The position numbers and the translations under genes were made by a program. A stretch of DNA of 63,577 nt, filler included, from Licmophora abbreviata (lineage: Eukaryota): NCBI GenBank assembly GCA_900291995.1. It is 8 parts of 8 records of this genome, joined end to end, with 100 filler letters (N's around TTAATTAATTAA, not from the genome) between each part and the next. Parts side by side here need not be neighbours in the genome. Positions count along the whole stretch, not along the records: positions 1 to 20,500 come from OLMU01003711.1; positions 20,601 to 27,121 come from OLMU01003712.1; 6 more parts are not named here. One strand, written 5' to 3'. Positions 11,718 through 22,007 of this stretch are shown here, one piece after another. The notes below the pieces were generated by a model. That model was given only the letters and a program-made list of their open reading frames with translations. It was not told the DNA's origin and made no database searches. How positions within the stretch are numbered: position 1 is the stretch's first letter; each line of letters begins with the position of its first letter.

Positions 11718-12114
11718 GATGGTTTCTTCGGAAGACGTGTGCTACTTAGACTGTATCAAATTAGTCTCTTGCCACTACAAAAGTAGAAAAGGGAGTTTGT
11801 TTCACTCTAGAGATAGTTGTGGCATGTGCAACTCCTCGCGTTCCATAAACTTGATCGTTATGATTATTATTACGCAGATATCGAGCAGCAGCTCCAACAA
11901 CTGTCACGATGCATACAACAATAATGATATCTCTCTTCCAAAAATTCTTATCAAAAATCAACAACGCGTTGAATAGAAGCAAAACACCCGCATCAAAAGC
12001 AAAAATGAAATGCAGTGCTGGGGGCCCACCGGACTTTCTCACCCGCGGCCATCACCAAGACACCAACATATTCCTAAAAACAAAGAGTCCCATCCCAGCC
12101 TCCCCAGGATGGTC

Positions 12115-15100
12115 CTAAAACGTTCCGTACCCACCACCAGAGGACGGAATCATAACACTTGCGGCAGGAGATCCCTGCCAAACACTGTCCGCTTCGATGA
12201 CTTCCCCAGTCATGGCGAGACTCTTCTCCAACAGCATCGAGCCACGCTCCATGTAGACGCCTTGCTGGATGCGAGCTCGCGTACGAAGGGTCGTCTGGTC
12301 CTCCATGACAATCTTCTTCAACTCAAAGTTGCCGCGCGTATTCAAGTGACACACAATCGAAGAGCAGTCCACGACGCATCGATTGCCAATCTTGACGAGA
12401 TCGGGTTCCGGCATGTACGGGTCGCCTCCGGAAGGGTATAAGCAACAGTCTTCACCGATATCGCCACCCAAAAGCCGAAAGAATGCCGTCATGTATGGCG
12501 TGCCCGAGATGAAGTCCATCAAATTGAGTCGACCGACCTTGCGGATCTTGCCCATGATCTGGTACAGCTCCCATCGCTGGGCATAGTCTGACGTGTCGTA
12601 GTTGTAACGGCCCTCCTTGCGTCGCCCGATGAATGCCCACTTGCCGAAATACTCGTACGCCAGCCAAATGGCGACGCGCATCGCATGCGCAAAGAAGAAC
12701 ACAAACAGAAGCGTCCAGTACACCACTCCTGGAGAGTAGAAGAACCTGTGGTAGTTCCTCTGCTGGATCGGTAGCCCGTATAGGATACAAGCAGCCCCTT
12801 GAAGCGAAGCCAACAGAGGGAACGACTGCACAATCGCAATGAGCACCTTCGTCATGAATGTATAGAAAACAATGAAACCCAGAGAGTAGACTCGATAGGT
12901 TGCCTGTCCGAGATAAAAGGCTTTGCCGAATGGACTGATAGTCGTGTTGTCTCCTTCCATGACCAACCGGTCCATCTTCACTTCCGAGGCGAGCATGTGA
13001 CCTCCCAATTCTGCTTCTGGTCCCTGCTCAAGCATCATTGGTTCTCCGCGTTGGCAGCCCAACCAGACACTCCCTTCAGGGAGGTACCATCCTTCCGGGC
13101 ACAAGGAATTGGAGCCCAGCACAGCGTTCTTCCCAAGAATACCTCCAGGGAGAACAACGGAGTTGTCCGAGACATTCGACCCGGCACACAGAGTGATTCG
13201 CTCGCACGAGTCAACTGTCGTGAAAAACAAGGCCGACCGTGACCCAAAGACAACATCGTCACCAATCTCCAACAAGTCAAACTCGCCCGTCATAATCGGC
13301 TGATGTCCAGGCCAGAACACTCGCTTTCCGACCTTCGCGCCAAGCATACGGTACAAGATGCTCACAAGCTCGTAGTGTCGACCGAGGAGTTCCGTCACAT
13401 TCTGAATATTTTCACGAGAGAAAAGCTTCATGGCCAACCAATGACGAAGTAGCTCCCACTGGGAACTCGTGTCGCGAGGACCAGCTTCGAACCTGCCAAT
13501 CACAGTCCACTTGATAAAGATTGCGGTTGCCATGTAAACAAACGGGGAAACGGTCGAGCGAACAATTCGAATTGAGATGTAGAACGGAATACGGCGAACG
13601 TCACAGAGCCAACGCATCAGTCCGCTCATCGAATGAAACGTATTGCCCCTGTCCCATGCGAAGGACACCATCCAGAGAACAATTAGCAAAGCTGGAACGT
13701 GGGACAAAGCGTCCACGAAAAATGTGATGGGTCGTCCGATGAATGTCTCTACCGCCAGGCTCGGCTCCGGCAGCGTACGGCGATTGTAGCGAGCGTGTTG
13801 AGGGTCGGAGTTGCTCTCAACTTCGTAGCTCGACGTCACAGGAGCGAGATGCGTATCAGCCGGTATCGACGTGAACGGCGCGACAACCGATCGAGCACCC
13901 ACGCTGGAACGATCACCGACACTCACGGGTCCAAGAATCATGCAACCTTTGTCAACGCCGAATGGACGCACATTGGCGAATTCAATCGCGACGTCCTTTC
14001 CGATGTTTACCAGGTCATACTCGGCAACCTCTGCCTCGATACTGATACGTGCGCCGCTGCCGATCTTGGCCCCCAGGAGCCGGTAGAAGATATTCAGGGC
14101 GACTTCGCTCGACCCCCAGATGCCGCGTCCCATGATCTTGCGACACATGTCGACGAACCACCAACGCAAGTAGTAACTGCTCCAGATAGCGTATCGGCCT
14201 TCCTTGTACTTGCCAATAACAATCCACTTGATTGCCACGAACAAAAGTGGTGTCACTGAAACCCACAGCACATGAAAACTCAACACCGTAAACACGAAGG
14301 TTCCAATGTTGTTCGTGCCGGGGACATGGTCCAGCATCCTCAACAAAAATGAGAAGAAGAGGAAGAAGCGCGAAAGCTGCCAGACTGGAAAGACCACGAG
14401 AAGAGGAATCAGCTGGAACAGACGCTTCAACAGACTATCCTGCGGGACAAGCTTGCGAGAGTCCAACAACGGCTCGCCCTGGCTGTCCATGTCAATGCTG
14501 TGAAACGCGGCTGCAGCGTCGTACCCGGATCCTTTCGCGCCACTTGAAGACTTAGAGCCGGCGGCTCCAGCTCTCTCCCGAATCAACGACGCAATAGCAT
14601 CACAGGTCATGTGATGAAAAACTTCCGCTCCACTGAACGGAACTCCATGACCCTTGCGAACTTTACTGGCCAGCTGCGAAGCCAGCATCGAGCTGCCTCC
14701 CAAGTTGAAGAAACTCGCAGACGGAGAAGGAGCATAGTCAAGATCCAACAAGAGCCCAAAGATGTCCTGGACGTCCTTCACTAGTGGGTCAACGGGACCA
14801 GACGACTCGTCGGCTCCGTTTAGGATTGCCATTACCGAGTCCGACGCCTTTGGTGCGGGAAGAGTCGTATCTCCATCGGGCGGCCCAGAGAGAACGCAGA
14901 CATGACTCGGAACTGAATAGCGGTCGAGCTTTTCCATAGCAGCATCGACGACTTCGTTACGACCGATGTTATACACGTAGGCAACCACAACTCCGGAGCG
15001 CCTCGGGTGAGCCTTCACGGTAAGATACTGTCCTGCCTTCTTGACAATCGCCTCACGAAGTTGTTCTTCAACAAGAGACGGGTCAACCAAAACACGATGA

Positions 15101-16983
15101 CAGGTAATTGCGACGCCAATAGGTGTCCCCTGGGGAGGACAGTGGGCTTCGAATGTTCTCTCAATCGATGGAAGGCTGTCGCTGAGCTCCGGAAGTCCCA
15201 GACGCTGCCCGAGCTTAACGCGCAACAGCTTGTTCGTGTGCGACTTGGGTAGAGCGTCAATAAACACCAATGCCTGCGGCCACTTGGGCGCTGCCAAACG
15301 GTCATCACCCAGGTACTCATGAAGCTCCTGCAAGTCCACCCTCGGTACGCCAGGGACAGGAACAATTACGATACCCACAACCTCCTGCAGAACGTCGTGC
15401 AGTGCCGAGAAGGCAGCACACGCCTTGACATGCGGATGGCTCAGAACGGCTTCCTCCACTTCCATGGGACTGATAATTTCTCCACCGCGATTAATCACCT
15501 CCTTCGACCGGCCTGTAATGTACAAGTATCCGTCTTCGTCTAGATGGCCCAAGTCGCCCGTATTGAACCAGCCGCCTTCCAACAAAGTTGCCGGAGGACC
15601 CGCCTTGGGATCGGTGTAATTCACACCGTAACCACCAAAGCATGGTTCTCCACGGACACAGATCGGTCCTTCCGCGCCAGCGGGAAGCGACTTGAGGGTG
15701 GACAAGTTCAGAATGGCCACCTCGGGTCCGACTGGCACTCCACTGGTACCTGGCTTCTCCAACTGATACGTGGCTGGCGGAGAACTAATCGGCATGCACT
15801 CCGTCATACCATACGAAGGGAGGACGTTCGCCTTGAATACCTCGCGAAGCTCGAACGCCAGACTGGGAAGCAAGCCCCCGGCGGCGTTTGCAATCATGCG
15901 CAACCTGGGGTCGACAACATCACTGTCGCTGCGGCTCTGAAGGAGCACCTGGTGCATGCTGGGTGAAGCATAGTACCAACTGAAGCACTTCTTCTCGAGC
16001 AACGCCCAAAAGATAGACGGGTCGAACGAAGGACAGCAAATTACGCAGCCTCCCGACACCATGGGAGAGAAAACTTGACGGACGATCCCACCAACGTGAA
16101 ACAGCGGCATCAAGTTGCAATTCACGTCCGAAGGACTCAAATTCCAGCTCAGAGCAATGGTCGCGGCAGCAATCAGCATGGATCCTAGACGATGTGGGAC
16201 GACCTTCTTGTTGCCGGTGGTCCCAGACGTGAAGAGGACAAGCACTTCGTCGTCGTGGGTGTTCGGGTGAAACTTGGCGACGTCTTCTGTCGACGAATCC
16301 TTCTTTTCTTCCTGAAGAGCCGAAAACTTGGAGGTAGAAGGCATCAAACGGAAGATTCCAGCTTCGACCTTGCTCGGGACGAGACCCATGAAAGGAATGT
16401 CAAGACGGTTAGCGCACTCTTCAATGTGAGCAAAGGCGGCAAAGTCCGTAGAGCCAGACGACCCAGGGGGAAGAACGTTGAACTTGTCGCGATCGCCGCC
16501 ACGCATCTCGAGCGGAGTCGTCTCCTCTTGCATGTCACCGGAAACGAGACCGACAACAACGTCGGCGCCGCATGCTCTGAGATCTTTTTCGAGCTCGCTC
16601 CTGGCGCCGTTGGCGTTCATAGGAACGCAAGTTGCCCAGTTTGCGATTCCCAGGATGGCGAGCGCAAGCTCGGGGCCGTTGGGAAGCACGAGCGCAACTC
16701 GATCGCCACGCCCCACGCCAGAGCGATACAAGGTCGGTCCAAGCTCATGAGTGATGAAGTCTCGAATCCGCTTGTGAGAGATGGGCGCGCGTCCGTCAAT
16801 ACTAGCAAGTGCGTTTGCATTCGTCTTGGTGTTTTCTTCTGTTGGGATGGCAGAACAGAAACTTGAAAAGTGAGGTAGAACAGCTTCCCCAACTTGACTG
16901 CCGACGATCTTGCCGCTCGGCTGGAGCAAGTGCTCGCAGAGGCGGAGCAAAGGGGCGACCTCCGAGGCCTCTTTGTCTGTCAT
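12115..16983 (-). CDS. Membrane-bound NRPS-like enzyme: adenylation + phosphopantetheine carrier + Pls-type C-terminal region (3 TM/left-handed beta-helix repeats)
   Basis: A-domain motifs FTSGTTGNKK, YGMTE, FNTGDLG, GRSKEVINRGGE and LPKSHTNK. Carrier motif FFNLGGSSMLA (Ser codon 14689-14691). Three repeats of KW..IG....G.......RW...LGAK/GD-I/VG with hexapeptide beta-helix segments, separated by TM pairs. Intronless, about 1622 aa from ATG 16983. Confidence 0.9.
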   Translation of the reverse strand: MTDKEASEVAPLLRLCEHLLQPSGKIVGSQVGEAVLPHFSSFCSAIPTEENTKTNANALASIDGRAPISHKRIRDFITHELGPTLYRSGVGRGDRVALVLPNGPELALAILGIANWATCVPMNANGARSELEKDLRACGADVVVGLVSGDMQEETTPLEMRGGDRDKFNVLPPGSSGSTDFAAFAHIEECANRLDIPFMGLVPSKVEAGIFRLMPSTSKFSALQEEKKDSSTEDVAKFHPNTHDDEVLVLFTSGTTGNKKVVPHRLGSMLIAAATIALSWNLSPSDVNCNLMPLFHVGGIVRQVFSPMVSGGCVICCPSFDPSIFWALLEKKCFSWYYASPSMHQVLLQSRSDSDVVDPRLRMIANAAGGLLPSLAFELREVFKANVLPSYGMTECMPISSPPATYQLEKPGTSGVPVGPEVAILNLSTLKSLPAGAEGPICVRGEPCFGGYGVNYTDPKAGPPATLLEGGWFNTGDLGHLDEDGYLYITGRSKEVINRGGEIISPMEVEEAVLSHPHVKACAAFSALHDVLQEVVGIVIVPVPGVPRVDLQELHEYLGDDRLAAPKWPQALVFIDALPKSHTNKLLRVKLGQRLGLPELSDSLPSIERTFEAHCPPQGTPIGVAITCHRVLVDPSLVEEQLREAIVKKAGQYLTVKAHPRRSGVVVAYVYNIGRNEVVDAAMEKLDRYSVPSHVCVLSGPPDGDTTLPAPKASDSVMAILNGADESSGPVDPLVKDVQDIFGLLLDLDYAPSPSASFFNLGGSSMLASQLASKVRKGHGVPFSGAEVFHHMTCDAIASLIRERAGAAGSKSSSGAKGSGYDAAAAFHSIDMDSQGEPLLDSRKLVPQDSLLKRLFQLIPLLVVFPVWQLSRFFLFFSFLLRMLDHVPGTNNIGTFVFTVLSFHVLWVSVTPLLFVAIKWIVIGKYKEGRYAIWSSYYLRWWFVDMCRKIMGRGIWGSSEVALNIFYRLLGAKIGSGARISIEAEVAEYDLVNIGKDVAIEFANVRPFGVDKGCMILGPVSVGDRSSVGARSVVAPFTSIPADTHLAPVTSSYEVESNSDPQHARYNRRTLPEPSLAVETFIGRPITFFVDALSHVPALLIVLWMVSFAWDRGNTFHSMSGLMRWLCDVRRIPFYISIRIVRSTVSPFVYMATAIFIKWTVIGRFEAGPRDTSSQWELLRHWLAMKLFSRENIQNVTELLGRHYELVSILYRMLGAKVGKRVFWPGHQPIMTGEFDLLEIGDDVVFGSRSALFFTTVDSCERITLCAGSNVSDNSVVLPGGILGKNAVLGSNSLCPEGWYLPEGSVWLGCQRGEPMMLEQGPEAELGGHMLASEVKMDRLVMEGDNTTISPFGKAFYLGQATYRVYSLGFIVFYTFMTKVLIAIVQSFPLLASLQGAACILYGLPIQQRNYHRFFYSPGVVYWTLLFVFFFAHAMRVAIWLAYEYFGKWAFIGRRKEGRYNYDTSDYAQRWELYQIMGKIRKVGRLNLMDFISGTPYMTAFFRLLGGDIGEDCCLYPSGGDPYMPEPDLVKIGNRCVVDCSSIVCHLNTRGNFELKKIVMEDQTTLRTRARIQQGVYMERGSMLLEKSLAMTGEVIEADSVWQGSPAASVMIPSSGGGYGTF

Positions 16984-17778
16984 CTTGGTGCACCTGTTTC
17001 GAAAAGTGTGACGATCCCAAGAAAATTGAGAAACAACGAACGTGTTCCCGTTTCGCAGGTGCAAAAGCGAACATCGGAGCGAAAAAAGTCAAAGTCCCAA
17101 AACGATGCGGCACTTGGCGACGAAATAGATGCCCACGTAGGCCTGTACCAAAGACACGTGGCGAATCTCCGTCGAATCTTCCGTGCAGGCGTGAGAATCA
17201 TTGAACTCGAAAGTGCGGCCTTCCATGCATCCGATCGATAAATCCTCGTGCGTCACCATGAAGATTTGTGTTCAACTTCTAATCGTCACTACGAAATATT
17301 TGTGCATAAATATTGCATGAAAAAACTATTGGACGATGGGGATTTGAAGTTCAGACCCACTTCCGGGTCTTGTTGAAAATGCAACATGCATCGTCGTCTG
17401 TCCCTCATCCGCGTCGACGCTCATTTGCGCACTTTCCTCCAACGGACTGTCACATCTGACATTTTGACATTTTGAGCATGTCGCACATCTTGCAGACTTT
17501 TTGCGCACCTGGCGAAGCACAGACGGATCGTGGTACGTCCCTCTGTCACCATCCATCCCGTTGACGCCGGTCGATTGACCGACGACATTCAACATGATGG
17601 TGGGACGATGGACTGGATGGATGGCACGAACAGCAAGTTCTGAAAGTAGAAGAGTCTAGTCTAGGATCCTGATATTCTCTCTGTTCCGGCCTTTGAACTT
17701 TTAAGTTTCTTGTGCAATTTATCTCCTCGCTCACGCTCAGGAGCGATTCTCTTGCGAAAACGAAGTAAAGACGGAGAC

Positions 17779-20098
17779 ATGACCATGTTACAGTCGACGG
17801 CCCTCCTCCTCGGCGCTCTCCTTTGTTCTGTAGCAGCCTTTTCAGGGCATTCCCTAAGGTTGACAACGCAAACGTCAAGACATGATGTTCAAAGGACTCT
17901 CAACATGGTATCAGTAAGCTCGTCACCGGGGGAAGCTGTGTCGTCGATTTCTACGCCCAGCAAGTATCCGACCGCTCGAGGCTCCGAGGTCGACAGTCGA
18001 AAGATTGTTGCCAATCACAAGGAGCGCTTGACAGCGATTCGACTGTCGCACATTCTATTTGCATCGGAAGAAATGGCCTCCAATAGTCTTGCAGAGCTGC
18101 GTTCTGCACATGTTCCGTTTGAAGACCTAGCACGTCAATTGAGCAACTGTGAGGAGACACGCTCACACGGTGGGTCTGTCGGGTGGGTCAGTCTGGGGAA
18201 CGACGATGTCACAGACGCGAATGAACACTTGGATGGAATTTTGCCTCATGAGGCGCGTCTGGCGGTTACGGATATGACGACCAAGCCTGGGGATGTCGTC
18301 ATGGTCTCGTCGACGCGTGGGTTCCATCTGATTCAGATTGTTGATGTCATGGTGGATGTCCGGAAAATGTCAAATCGCAAGGTTCGACCGGCAGCCAAGA
18401 TTGAAGGTTCGGGTGAACCGGTTCAGCTCCAGGGTATTTTGGGAGGAGCATTACTAAGCGACGAATCAAAGGACCTGACTTACAAGATGGAGACGATGGG
18501 CTGTCAAATGAATCTGGCGGACAGTGAACGAATGGAAGGTCAGCTTCAGGCACTGGGAATTCGACCACTTTTACCGGAGGACGAGAAGCCGGCAGATCTT
18601 GTGGTACTCAACACGTGTTCTATTCGTGATCATGCTGAACAAAAAGTCTATTCGTGAGTACCCTTGAAATAGGATCGTCGCTGCGATTGACGTATGCTAC
18701 TGTAAGCTGCTGACCACCATCTATCTTCCTGTCTGTCTTGTTCAGTTACATTGGACCCTATGCGAAGCGAAAGCGCGAGGGCGAGGACGTGGCGATCGTT
18801 GTGGCGGGATGCGTCGCACAGCAAGAGGGAGAGGCGTTGCTTCGTCGGGCGCCTGAGGTTGATTTGGTCATGGGGCCGCAATATGCGAATCGGCTATCTG
18901 ATCTACTCGAGGATGTCTCGAACGGCAATCAGGTCGTCGCTACTGAGGCAAGCCACATTATGGAGGATTCGACGAAACCTCGACGGGCGTCTACTGTTGC
19001 TGCGTGGGTGAATGTCATTTATGGATGCAACGAGCGCTGCACATATTGTATCGTGCCAACGACTCGAGGAGTGGAGCAGAGTCGCCCGCCGGAAAGTGTT
19101 GTGCAAGAAGTCGAGGAACTGGTGAGCAAAGGGTACAAGGAAGTTACATTGCTTGGTCAGAATATTGAGTAAGTGAACGCAAACAGGCCTTGAGTGTCAT
19201 TTTGCTGTTGTACGGTTGACATGTTCTCACTATTGCGTGATTTATCATTGTTGTTATATTTATTGTTATTCTGCGAGCACAGTGCATACGGGCGAGACAT
19301 GATTCCAAAGCGAAAGTTCAGCGATCTGCTCCGCACGGTAGGCGCGGTAGAAGGATTGCAACGACTTCGGTTTGTCACGTCCCACCCTCGGTACATGAGC
19401 CTCGGTGTCATTGATGCCGTCGCCGAAACTCCGGCCGCCTGCGAGAATTTTCACGTGCCGTTTCAGAGTGGATCCAATGATATCCTCGCCGCCATGGGTC
19501 GTGGGCATACGCGAGAGAAATATCTCACCATTATCGACCGCATTCGAAGCGTAAGTTCATTCTATGCAACGTCTCCTCGTTACGAATCTCCTTATCGCAC
19601 AGCCTAGACACTCATTATCGCTTTGAACGCGCCCACACGTTCCAGCGCCTACCGGACGCCTCCATTACAGCAGATGTGATTGTCGGGTTTCCGGGCGAAA
19701 CCGAAGCCCAATTTCAAGATACCTTGAGCTTGATGGAAGAAGTCATCTTTGATTCCGTCAATACGGCAGCGTACTCTCCGCGTCCCAACACACCCGCCGC
19801 CGTGTGGGAGAATCAACTGTCCGAGCAAGTCAAACAGGATCGTTTGCAACGGATCAACGCGCTGAACTTGCAGCATGCCGCCATGCGACGGGCACGAATG
19901 CTCGGTCGGACGGTGGAGATCCTTGTGGAGGAGCGCAACGTCAAGGTGCCGACGCAAGTGATGGGGCGAACCACTCAGGGATTTATTGTGTACTGCGACG
20001 GAGACATTGATGAGCTGCGAGGAAAGTTGGTGTATGTGGAAATTGACAACTGCCAAACGTACTATTTATCGGGAACAAGAAGAAGTATTTCAAATTGA
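17779..20098 (+). CDS. miaB: Plastid-targeted parvulin (PpiC) domain fused to tRNA-i6A37 methylthiotransferase MiaB
   Basis: Exons 17779-18653, 18746-19168, 19283-19550 and 19646-20098 splice in frame at GT-AG. UPF0004 domain (TMGCQMN...NTCSIRD.AEQK), radical [19 protein letters not shown] and C-terminal TRAM. Upstream rotamase motifs [23 protein letters not shown] and GFHLIQ. Presequence ...CSVAA-F. Confidence 0.92.
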
Positions 20099-20246
20099 TG
20101 ATCCACAACAGCGTACCACTCTTCAAAACTATAAACAATTATTGAGTTGTTCCTTTTGTACAAGAGGTGCTGCCGCCTTTCGAAATTCTCCCCTAGTAAC
20201 AAGTATTTTTGCTGTATGTACAATACTTGGTCGATGCATGCATCAA

Positions 20247-21371
20247 TCATGGCGACACAAGCTTCCTGTCATTATCGTCATGACCTCTTGACGAAGCCTC
20301 GCTCTCAGTACTCGTGTTGTCGTCGTTGCCGGCAGATGAGGAGAGTTGACACAGAGCAGCAGCCGCAAGTACGGCTACTCCGGACGATCCACCACCATGC
20401 TTAATATTAGTGTGATTGTTCGCCCTGTCATTCTTTGTACGGTCCAAGGAAGTTGCAGTATTATTCTTTGTAGGACAATAATAATAATAATAGCAGTCTT
20501 NNNNNNNNNNNNNNNNNNNNNNNNNNNNNNNNNNNNNNNNNNNNTTAATTAATTAANNNNNNNNNNNNNNNNNNNNNNNNNNNNNNNNNNNNNNNNNNNN
20601 GACAATAATAATAATGATAGCAGTCTTCCATGCTCCCATGCTGACCAAGAGCATCTTTGGGGTGGACCAAAAAGGCATCGGGTTTGCGAGCCGTCTCTGG
20701 AGTATCCTCCTCCTGGTCACTAATGACCGAAAAGCCATGATTCTGTTCTCGCGTCCTTTGTCTCGCAGCCTTCTGTGCGCTGTTCTTGGTGTTGGTACGG
20801 GTTTCATTCCGTGGCTTAGAGTAGGCAATAGTAGTAGTAGCAGTAGTATCCAAGGAGGAGGAGGAAGAGAGAGCTTTGGTGACGAGTTCGGTCAAGAGTG
20901 TCTTTTTGTCTTGCAAAATCTTGAAAATGTCCTTGCCTTCTTCGTCTTGCCTGTGGAGGACCTAAAAATGAAAAAGAAGGGAAGCAGTGAGCATCACGCT
21001 CTAGCTACTTCTACTAGTAGTAGTAGCAGTAGCAGTAGTAGACTCCTTCTTCTGCATACCTTTTGAGCATGACTCTTAATCTGAACCAGCGACCTCATGG
21101 GAAGAAAGCACCGAATCTTTTTCCAGCGCCCCTTTCCGTAGAGTCGGAGTCCGTGAAGAAAGAGTAGCTTTTCTTCTGGAGACCAGCGTCCCTTGCGAAT
21201 CGGTGTATCCATCCTGGAGTCCAAGGGCGGCGATGCAAGAAGAAACATTGGTGATGCTGTAAGGACTGCGGAGGAATCTTCCGTCGCAGCCGTGGTGGTG
21301 GACAATGACGATTCGCTGCTTTCTTTCTCTCCAGCAGGAGTCTCGTTGTCTTTCAAGACGAGACTTTCCAT
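20247..21371 (-). CDS. Myb-like (SHAQKYF-class) transcription factor spanning a spurious gap
   Basis: GRWSPEEKLLFLHGLRLYGKGRWKKI...RSLVQIKSHAQK. Intron 20962-21059. The frame continues to the stop at 20247 if the overlapping contig ends around the 20501-20600 linker are merged. Confidence 0.85.
20501..20600. other. Artificial contig linker N44-TTAATTAATTAA-N44
   Basis: Exactly 100 nt with a six-frame-stop 12-mer; the same linker occurs seven times. Confidence 0.98.
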
Positions 21372-22007
21372 GAGAGCAAGATGCGTACTACTGTATGATA
21401 TTGATCGTAGTATGGTGATGAGCACAGAGAGAGAGAGAGGAGATGGAATGTGATGTGTCAAAAGTTCGCGTTGGCGTCGGCAGTGCGAAAAAAGATACCG
21501 TGCTGCCGTAGGTCTGTACCAGGTTTCTACGCAGGGGTATCTTCTTTGGAACGTGTGAGTGAGTGAGTCAAGTCACTCGAGTCACACGGGCCATTCATTC
21601 TGGTTCGTCGCTCGCCGAGGGTGTCACGGTCCTAAGGACTTCTTCGACTCAATGTGAGCGCGCGCGTGCAATCGGACAATGCCCAAAGGTATCATATGAT
21701 ACGACACAACTGTACACTCTCTGTCGTTTCCAAGCAACACAGTCTTTGTGTTAGATACACGCAGCGGGTGTGTCCATCCAGTACGATATCATACCTCAAC
21801 ACCACAAGGTAAGAGAGCGTGGAGCAGTGATTTGGGAGTCTCATTCGAGCGGAGCTTTCACAAGGAGGAAACGAGGCGCGAGTGATTTTTCGTGTAGAAC
21901 TTGTACTCACGTCTACGTATGCATGCATACACAGTGCCACTCACTCGCCACGACACTACGCTCCTCGTGTGCTATTCTTAGTCTCTCTTTGCAGTGTGCA
22001 ACGAACC

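Noticed and set aside
12115..16983. NRPS-like gene as bacterial contamination
   Set aside because: It is on the same contig as intron-containing IF2 and MiaB genes, with similar composition. Ancient horizontal transfer is not excluded.
20545..20556. Recurrent TTAATTAATTAA palindrome (7 copies) as a biological repeat or CRISPR-like element
   Set aside because: It is always centred in exactly 100 nt of Ns, so it is an artificial six-frame-stop linker.
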